Source: the human T2T-CHM13v2.0 reference genome, Homo sapiens. From it: a DNA stretch of 64,000 nt. The position numbers and the translations under genes are program-made. Location: assembly GCF_009914755.1 (NCBI RefSeq), contig NC_060929.1. One strand, given 5' to 3'. Below the pieces are notes generated by a model. It had not been told where the DNA came from, ran no database searches, and worked only from the letters and a program-made list of their open reading frames with translations. Positions 55,872-64,000 of the stretch are shown in pieces; the stretch's first letter is position 1; the number at the start of each line of letters is the position of its first letter.

Positions 55872-56560
55872 GAATCAAAATGAAGCAGCACTTGTAATCT
55901 GAAGGGCTTTCTTTTCCTATCATAAATTGTCACCTTGATATAGCACAAATACCGAAGAAGCAAGCCTTAATTGACATCATGGCAAGAGGCCAAGCCAGAG
56001 CTTGTACATGCAGAGCAAGGCACTTAACAACTGCCAGACTGAGGTTGTTGGTACTTGTACAAGTCTAAAAGGTTAGCTCAGGATTTCCAAGCACAGAGGG
56101 TTGTAACTCATAAAAACTTAAGGCTCATGTGAAATGGTGTAAACCACAGCATTCACTACAACAAAATTTAGTTAGTTAAATTTACTCTACTTTGTTTTTC
56201 TGAGGAAATTATCTAATGAATTTCATATGCATGTATTTAATTGGGATAGTTTAAAGATAATTTAAAAACTCTAAATGCTGGTGAGTTTTCCTTGGGGAAA
56301 TATAATCAAAGTTATGCCTCAATGAGAGTTGTAATTAGTATTACTTCCTAAACAAGCAGTAATTTTAGTTACAAAGGTTGAACAGCATTTTATAAAGAAA
56401 AGTAAAGGTAAATAATAACCCAGATCCATGCAAGCCAGTTATTAGCAAAGATACCCATGAGAAATGCTTAATGTCTATGAAATTTAGACACTTTGATCAA
56501 TTATTATTAAATTTTAGTAAGAAACAAACTAGTCTGTGATACGTCGTACTTCACATTCAT

Positions 56561-56873
56561 TTTATTTATTTATTTATTTATTTTTGTTTGAGACAGTGTC
56601 TCGCTTTGTCATTCAGACTGGAGTGCAGTAGCATAATAACCGCTCACTCTAGTCTCAACCTCCTGAGCTCAAATGATACTACCACTTAGGCCTCTGGAAT
56701 AGCTGGGATCACAGGTATGTGCCACCATGCCTGGCTATTTTTTATTTTTTGTAGAGACGGGTTAGGGGGGTTGTCATGTTGCCCAGGTTGGTCTCAAAAT
56801 GCCTGGGCTCAAGTGGTCCTCCCACTCAGCATCCCAAAGGGCTGAGAATAACGGCACGAGTCATCATGCCCAC
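56561..56873 (-). mobile_element. AluJ with (TTTA)n tail
   Basis: Antisense Alu with TSD ttca(c/t)attcatttta on both sides. Confidence 0.92.
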
Positions 56874-57299
56874 CTTTCATATTCATTTTAATTGATGCCT
56901 TCTTCAGGGAAGCAAGTTTAGAACTTTTGTAAAATTGAAGTGATTTTCCTGGATTTCTGTTTTATTAAAAAAAATAGAGAATTAATAGGGAGATGATATG
57001 TCTTTATAACTGAATACATTGGTAAAAGTAGTATAGCAGTTTACTGAAGTAATATAAAACCACACAACAAAAAAAAAACATTGCAGTAATTATATTAGGG
57101 TTTTCCCTGGGCATTTTGCAATCAAATAAAATCTGTTCCATTGAAGGCTTAATCAAATGAAATCTCAAGAGTGTAGCAAAACCTCACATACTGATTAAGA
57201 GGAGGATGGTGGTGACACTGGTCTGATTTATCAAAATGCATGGATTATGGATTGTACATAGCTATAATACAAAGCAAATGAAACAGTTTTAAAGACATG

Positions 57300-57570
57300 C
57301 TGTGTGGCAGGAGATAGCATGCTGTTTAAACGAGAGCAGATGAGGAGTGAAAAGATGAACGATTTGTCCTGATTTCATTGTGTCCTAGCTTGTGACCTTG
57401 GACAAATCTCATTATTTCTGACTCAAATTTTTGTTTTGCAGAGCTGATATAAAAATAGTTTCTTTGCCTGTCTTGCAGGGCTGGTGTGATGAACAAATGA
57501 GATAATGTACATAGAAGTATTTTGTAAATTCTTAAATGCTGGGCCAAAGTAGGTATTGTTATTGTATTCA
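57300..57570. mobile_element. MIR
   Basis: tagcttgtgaccttggacaaatctc...ctgactcaaatttttg...aaatgagataatgtacatagaagtattttgtaaa. Confidence 0.7.
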
Positions 57571-58429
57571 AGTATATACAATAGCATCCTAAGCTAATAA
57601 AGAGTTGCTTGGTGCTGATCCTCAGGGAACTTACTTTAATGAATACTTGACTATGATTTAAATTTAACACGTCAATTATACAATTACTGCTTACTGAGTG
57701 CTCAAAAGTTGTTTCTCTTGAGTAAGCCATTTTCTCATGGTCTTTCATTTTTATTAATGCATATGACAATCTCTTTATGCATTAAAAGAACAAAACAAAA
57801 TTCCAATGAACTACCTATCCCTACAGTTTTATCAATTTATTTATAAACTGAATTGTTACTATGTCCTAAATCTACAGTAGATAACCTGGTTTGTCTTTCC
57901 TTCAAAGAACTTTGACCAACAGGGACATAAATTACGATTGTACATAACTATAATACAAAGCATATGAAATAATATTTATAAAAATGGCCCAAAATTCTGT
58001 GAAAACTCAAAGGAGAGACTTTATTTCTATAAGAAGATTTAGAAAAGTTTTATACAGAAGGTGGAATTTCATTAGATAGATTTGGTTCAATAGTATATTC
58101 CAGAGAAACAGACATAAAACGTACAAGTTAAGAGTATGACAACCAGTCTAATTTGGCTAGGAAACACATTGCATGAGAGGAGTAGAGGGGAATTACAGCT
58201 AGATCAGGAGGGATTCTGAAAGCAAAGCCAATAAGAAGAGGGACATTTCCTTTTACCTTAAGAGTTTGTGTTTTATCTTTTTTCTTTTACAACAAAAGCA
58301 ATGCTCACAATACAACACAAGCAAAAGGAGAAAATCATTTAAATTTCACAATAACTCTGTTGTGTTCTAATCCTCCCTTTACAGTTTAAGAAATTCAGTT
58401 TAGAGAGGGTCAATATTGTCCAGGCTCAT

Positions 58430-58808
58430 TGTCATAGACTGAATTGTGCCCCCCTCTAAATGCATATGTTCAAGCTCCAACCTCCAATGTGATAGTATTG
58501 GGAGATGGGAGGTTATTATTATAGGTTTAATGATGTCATGAGCGTGGTGCCCTCAGGATGGGCTTAGTGACCTGCCCTTATAAAAAGAGATAGCAGCGTT
58601 CCCCCCACCTCTCCTCTAACACAAAGAAGTCATGAGATAACAAGCCAGAAGGCAACCATCTACAAACCAGGAAGAGGGAACTCACCAGAAACTGACAATG
58701 CTGGCACCCTGATCTCATACTTTCAGCCTCCAGAACTATGAGGAGAGGAATGTCTGCTGTTTAAACTGTCCAGTCTATAATATTTTGGTGATGGAGCTGA
58801 CTAATACA
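58430..58808 (+). mobile_element. MLT1A/B-like solo LTR inserted in a MIR
   Basis: tgtcatagactgaattgtgcccccctctaaatgcatatgtt...cagcctccagaactatgagg...gactaataca. Perfect TSD CTCAT at 58425-58429 and 58809-58813. Confidence 0.9.
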
Positions 58809-58962
58809 CTCATGCATCTAATAAGTGTGAGTTAAAACTGAGACTCACACTTTTAACCATGACATTAAATAAAAATAACACAATCTATTCCCCAAAGTTT
58901 AGGTGAATAATAATAGCTGCTAAAAAATGCTTTAAATGGCTTAACTCATTATATCTTTACTA

Positions 58963-59365
<403 letters not shown>

Positions 59366-60997
59366 GATGAAATTCAAACCTCAAAGCAAACAATAGGGAA
59401 AGATTAATTGCTCAAGTTGAAATATTCTTTTACAATCATAGTTTGGATTCAATATACATAGCCTTACTATACACAACTCTAAGTGGGGTTTTTAATTTGG
59501 TTTTAGTTTGTTTTCTTTTGCTTATAATTAATTCCTAAGTCGACAGTGTGTTCCTAGAGCAAAATTATTGTAATCTCATGCTTTGGATACTCATGGTGAA
59601 AAATTATAATGGTCTTGAAATAGAAGAACTTGAATGTATGACAGGCATATCCATAGGAGACATGAATATGAAGACTGCCTGGCTCTGAAAAACGTTTATT
59701 TGTTTAGAAACCTAAACTTGAAGTTTTGCAAAAACATTTACAGTGGGATACCTGACTATCTGGTTATTCTGAAACACACATAGCCATCACACATTATTAA
59801 TGATCTATCTAGAGAATAAATTATCTTATTTAAGTAAAGAGCTAGTCACGATGTAAAAATGCCAAAGGGAAAAGATTCCCACTTATTTATCAACCTGGAA
59901 GGATCATAAAAGACCAAGAAAAGTATAATTAGTGGCAATTGAAAAAATAATATGAGGGAATGAGTGAAAGGACAGTACAGATAAAACGGCAATAGCTTTG
60001 AGAAAGAACAGTATGAAGGACCAATTCAAACTGAATAAATGTAAGATTTACTTACTCAAACCCACTTCTCCCTTCAAGATTTCTTCCACCTACCTGCAAA
60101 TTTCATACATCCTTTGGTCCTTTTATGTTTTTTAATCTCATAATTCCTTTCTCTTATGTCATCAAAATTTTTTATTTTGTTTCAGAAAGGCAACTATTTT
60201 AATTTTGAAAAGAAAATCTCATACCAGGCCATTTCTCCAATCCTACAAAATTAGTTTTCAAAAATTAAACAATAACAACTATAATACTTATGTAAATTTT
60301 ACATCTGATCCATCTTTTGGTGTGATACTAAGTATAATCAAACATGTTAAGCCCCTAGAAATTAATAACCCATTCAATAGTATCCATCAATAAGGTGAAT
60401 CTCTAACATTCATAAAATGCATTTAATGAATGCATGGAGTCTTGTTAGCAAAATCAGATTAATCATAAAACAAAACATTAATATAATAATATGAATTATA
60501 TTTATAGAGATGTCTTCAAGTAATGGATACAATAAAATACTTCCTGCTTTCCAACCTAAAGTCTAAAATACTCAAGATAAGACAAAAGGAACAGCAGACA
60601 GAGACCCAAATAACTCCTTTGGTAAAAAGATTGCTTTAGAAAATCTGGCATTCACCTGCTGGCATGTGAGATTCCTCATACTGAATCCCAAGATTAGGCA
60701 GACCTACTGGTCAGCCTGAAACTGAGGAGACCTCCCTACCTGCAGAGGTGGGGCATGTCCCTGGAGAAGCAGAGCCAAGATTGACTCTTCACAGGCAGTT
60801 AGCTCTTAAGAAAAAAAAAGGAAAGTCAGGATCTCAAGCTCAATCATTATTTATATCTGAAAGAGGACAGATTGGTTAGGAATGTTAAACTGTGTGATGT
60901 GGAAGGAAACATCAGAAGTTAGGAAAAAGTGTTTCCCTGCTCACAGTATATACACTGCAATAATTTTTGAAATATAATCTTACTACATGATGCCTAA

Positions 60998-61270
<273 letters not shown>

Positions 61271-61279
61271 TAAAAAATA

Positions 61280-61482
61280 ATCAGACCACCTCATACCTAC
61301 TAGGATGGCTTTAATAAAACTACAGAAAATAACAAGTGTTGGAGAGGATGTGGAGAAATTGGACCGTGGTGCATGCTAGTGAATGTGTAAACTGGTACGA
61401 CCACTGTGGAAAACAGTTTGGCAGTTTCTCAAGAAGTTAAACATAAAATTACCACATGATCCCACAATTATATTCTTAGCTA
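61280..61482 (+). mobile_element. L1M ORF2 3' fragment
   Basis: cagaaaataacaagtgttggagaggatgtggagaaattgga...gtggaaaacagtttggcagtttctcaagaagttaaacata. Confidence 0.85.
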
Positions 61483-61486
61483 GATA

Positions 61487-62360
61487 TGATGGTTAATTTT
61501 ATGTGTCAATGTAGCTAAACTATGGTGCCCAGTTATTTGGTCAAACACTAGTCTAGATGTTCTGTGAAGGAATTTTGTCAATGTGATTAACGTTTAAATC
61601 AGTATACTGTGGATAGATGGACTTCATTCTATTAGTTGAAGGCCTCAAGATCAAAGACTGAGGATTCCCAAAGAAGAATTCTCCTCAAGACTGCAACATG
61701 GAAATCCTACTTGAGTTTCCAGTCTCCTGGCCTGCAGAATTTAAACTCAAGATTCCATTGTGAAAGTTGTCAGAATCAAAATGGAGTCACTTATGTCAAA
61801 CCCTAACAAAACATAAATAAATAAAGCCAGGATACTAAGGTGGGAGGGCACTTATGCACACCTACCTATGATAAGAACTGTTACAGAGACTCTCTGCAGG
61901 GCTCTTATGCACAAATGCCTGTACAAGAGCTTTTGCCAAGGACATTTTAAACTGCAGCTTGCTACATGAGTCACAAGGACAGCTAGCCAGATGCATAAGT
62001 ACACTTGCCTGACCTACTGTCTTCGTTAACGAACTGGCATCAACTCCTGTGATAAGCCCCTGGAACCAATATTCTCTTTGTTTTAAAACAACTTATTGCA
62101 TACTTTCTTTCTTTTGCCTTTAGAAGCTTTTCCTTGCCTCAACCTCTTTGGATATGCTTATGATTCTCATAGCCTGCACATTACAGATTTGCAAATCTTC
62201 TGTGCAACACCGAACAAACTCATTATCTTTGGAGAATCTCTCTCTGTTATTTGGTTGACAGCATCAACACTTGCCTGCACTTGTCAGCCCCCCACAATCA
62301 TGTGAGCCAATTTCTTAAAATGTCATCTCTTTCTCTCTCTGATATTAATTGGTATGATAT
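61487..62360 (+). mobile_element. MLT2 (ERVL) LTR split by an ERV1 LTR
   Basis: tgatggttaattttatgtgtcaa...ggtgcccagttatttggtcaaacactagtctagatgtt. Resumes at 62261 (...cccccacaatcatgtgagccaatttcttaaaat). Confidence 0.85.
61759..62260 (+). mobile_element. ERV1-class solo LTR (MER67-like)
   Basis: tgtgaaagttgtcagaatcaaaatggagtcac...ctctctgttatttggttgaca, with TG..CA ends and a 4-bp TSD CCAT/GCAT. Family name tentative. Confidence 0.7.
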
Positions 62361-64000
62361 ATATATTGTGTGTCTACTTCATATAACAGTGGCACTGACA
62401 TTGCATTTGTGCTACACTAATGATTTTTGGAGTGGTTTCCCATGCAATGCTTTCTTTGGATTGTTTGAGTCCTAGGAGGTGGCATGAGAAATTTGAGACT
62501 CAAAGCAATACTTTGTCTAAGGCTACTTGTATTAAGGGGCAGCCTGGTCACTTCTCATCTCAGCCTCCATGCTCCATTCTTCTATTTTAGATTAGAATTC
62601 ATTTTATAGTCTGTCTTGTGTAATCAATTCAAGCCTTTTCATTTCAACGTGGCCATTGACCCAGTATCAAGTTCTTAAATATTAATAGAGCTATTTTGCA
62701 ATGCAGTAAATTTAAAAATCTATTTGCATCATAGAGTTACTTTGCATAAATAGAAGATTTTAATTTAGTTGAATGCATGCTGCAGGATTTTATGAACTAT
62801 GACAAGTAAATTTTGGGTTCATGGAGATACAAGTTGGAGTAATAGCAATCATTTTTGACATTTTTATTGCCAATAATTCTTTTCTGTCTGGAACTAAAGT
62901 CAGAAGTTTCAAACCAGCACCAATTCTAACTTTTACCTGCTGTATAATCTCACGCAAGGCCCACTATCTCCAGCCCTGGGTCAATATGAGAGGGTCAATC
63001 ATCTCTAGGATCTTTTCTAGCCATGGCAGTTTATAATTCCATTATCTATTTCACTTTGGAAGGCCTGTTCAATAACTCTAAGTTTGCTCTGTTTAGACTT
63101 TGCACACAAATAACTATATTTTGTATTTGTATATAGAATATACAAAAAGGCCCATGTTGTGTTTCTGTAAAAATTACAGCTATGGAAAAAGTATTCAAAG
63201 CCTTTATCCCAAGGGCTTCTTCGACACTCCAAATTATATTCCAGATATGGTTTTTTGCTTAGTAAAATCTCTATATGTTTTGTATCACAACACTTTTTCT
63301 TTTAATTTTTTAACACATGCATAGTCAACAGGATGGTTAATCCATGTGTTTTTTGTTTATTTGTCTTTAGCTCATATTATTATATAACTCATAACAATGT
63401 ACAAATCTCTTTCAATGTGTAAAGGGTGTTTTACAAAATTCTTTGTTTTAGAAACCAAAGTAAAAATTTTGCGAGTAATTAACTCAAATCCTCTTCCAAC
63501 TTCTATACTCTCTCAAAGGAATCAAATACAATGGGAGATAAAACTAGCCAAAATCTGTTTTCTCTTTTCTTTAACACATGTGATTTTCAGAGGTGGTCAA
63601 AGCAATTTCTCTTTCTCAAGCCATTTTTCCTCTATCTCAGCATGCCAGACACAAGAGGCTTTGCTATAACCAATGGAAGACCTTTTTTTTTTTGTATCTT
63701 AATATTCCAGTAGAACTTTTTTCAAAGAAATATTTTGAAGCCATAGTCATTTTAAAACAAACCAAAAAAAAAAAAAAAAGAGAGCAAAGTAAATCAAGAG
63801 TAAGAAGCTTATTTAAAGTTTACTTTCGAAAACAGAGTTCCGTATTATGAAGAGTCAGTATAAATAAGTATGGCTAAATTAGTAATTAGTTGGGTAACCT
63901 AAAAGGACATGACCAAGGACACCAGGCACAGTCACCACAGTGACACCACAGTGACAAATCTCTGAGAATAGAATTGTATGCGATACTTGGGATAGAATGT

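Noticed and set aside
63926-63963. Two CACAGTG heptamers resembling V(D)J recombination signals
   Set aside because: There is no good ACAAAAACC nonamer at 12- or 23-bp spacing and no V/J segments. An 11-bp tandem duplication explains them.

Overview
This is AT-rich primate genomic DNA, human-like on the basis of an AluY, a young L1PA and THE1/MST LTRs. It reads as intergenic or deep-intronic, and roughly half or more of it is transposable-element relics. I find no credible cellular protein-coding gene: the listed ORFs are Alu-, L1-, LTR- or microsatellite-derived, or are chance frames. The only recognisable protein is the C-terminal 274 aa of L1 ORF2p in a 5'-truncated L1PA3-like insertion (42240-43064). 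Main landmarks: (1) a full-length U3 snoRNA retrocopy at 26047-26260 with a purine-rich tail; (2) a full-length but decayed L1PB (about 40340-48636) carrying the L1PA insertion and two Alus, inside an 11.5-kb co-oriented L1 cluster; (3) a two-LTR MST (ERVL-MaLR) provirus at 53073-55871 with a perfect TSD and a nested THE1 solo LTR; (4) many solo LTRs, 13 Alus, L2/MIR/CR1 fragments and hAT/mariner relics. I cannot support a new biological system. The leads most worth checking are the U3 copy, unusual CpG retention in old elements at 1.9-3.7 kb, a motif-dense unique segment at 13.4-14.3 kb, and several atypical insertion junctions. Subfamily names come from my recollection of consensus sequences, not a database run. 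Boundaries of old repeats are approximate unless a TSD is quoted.
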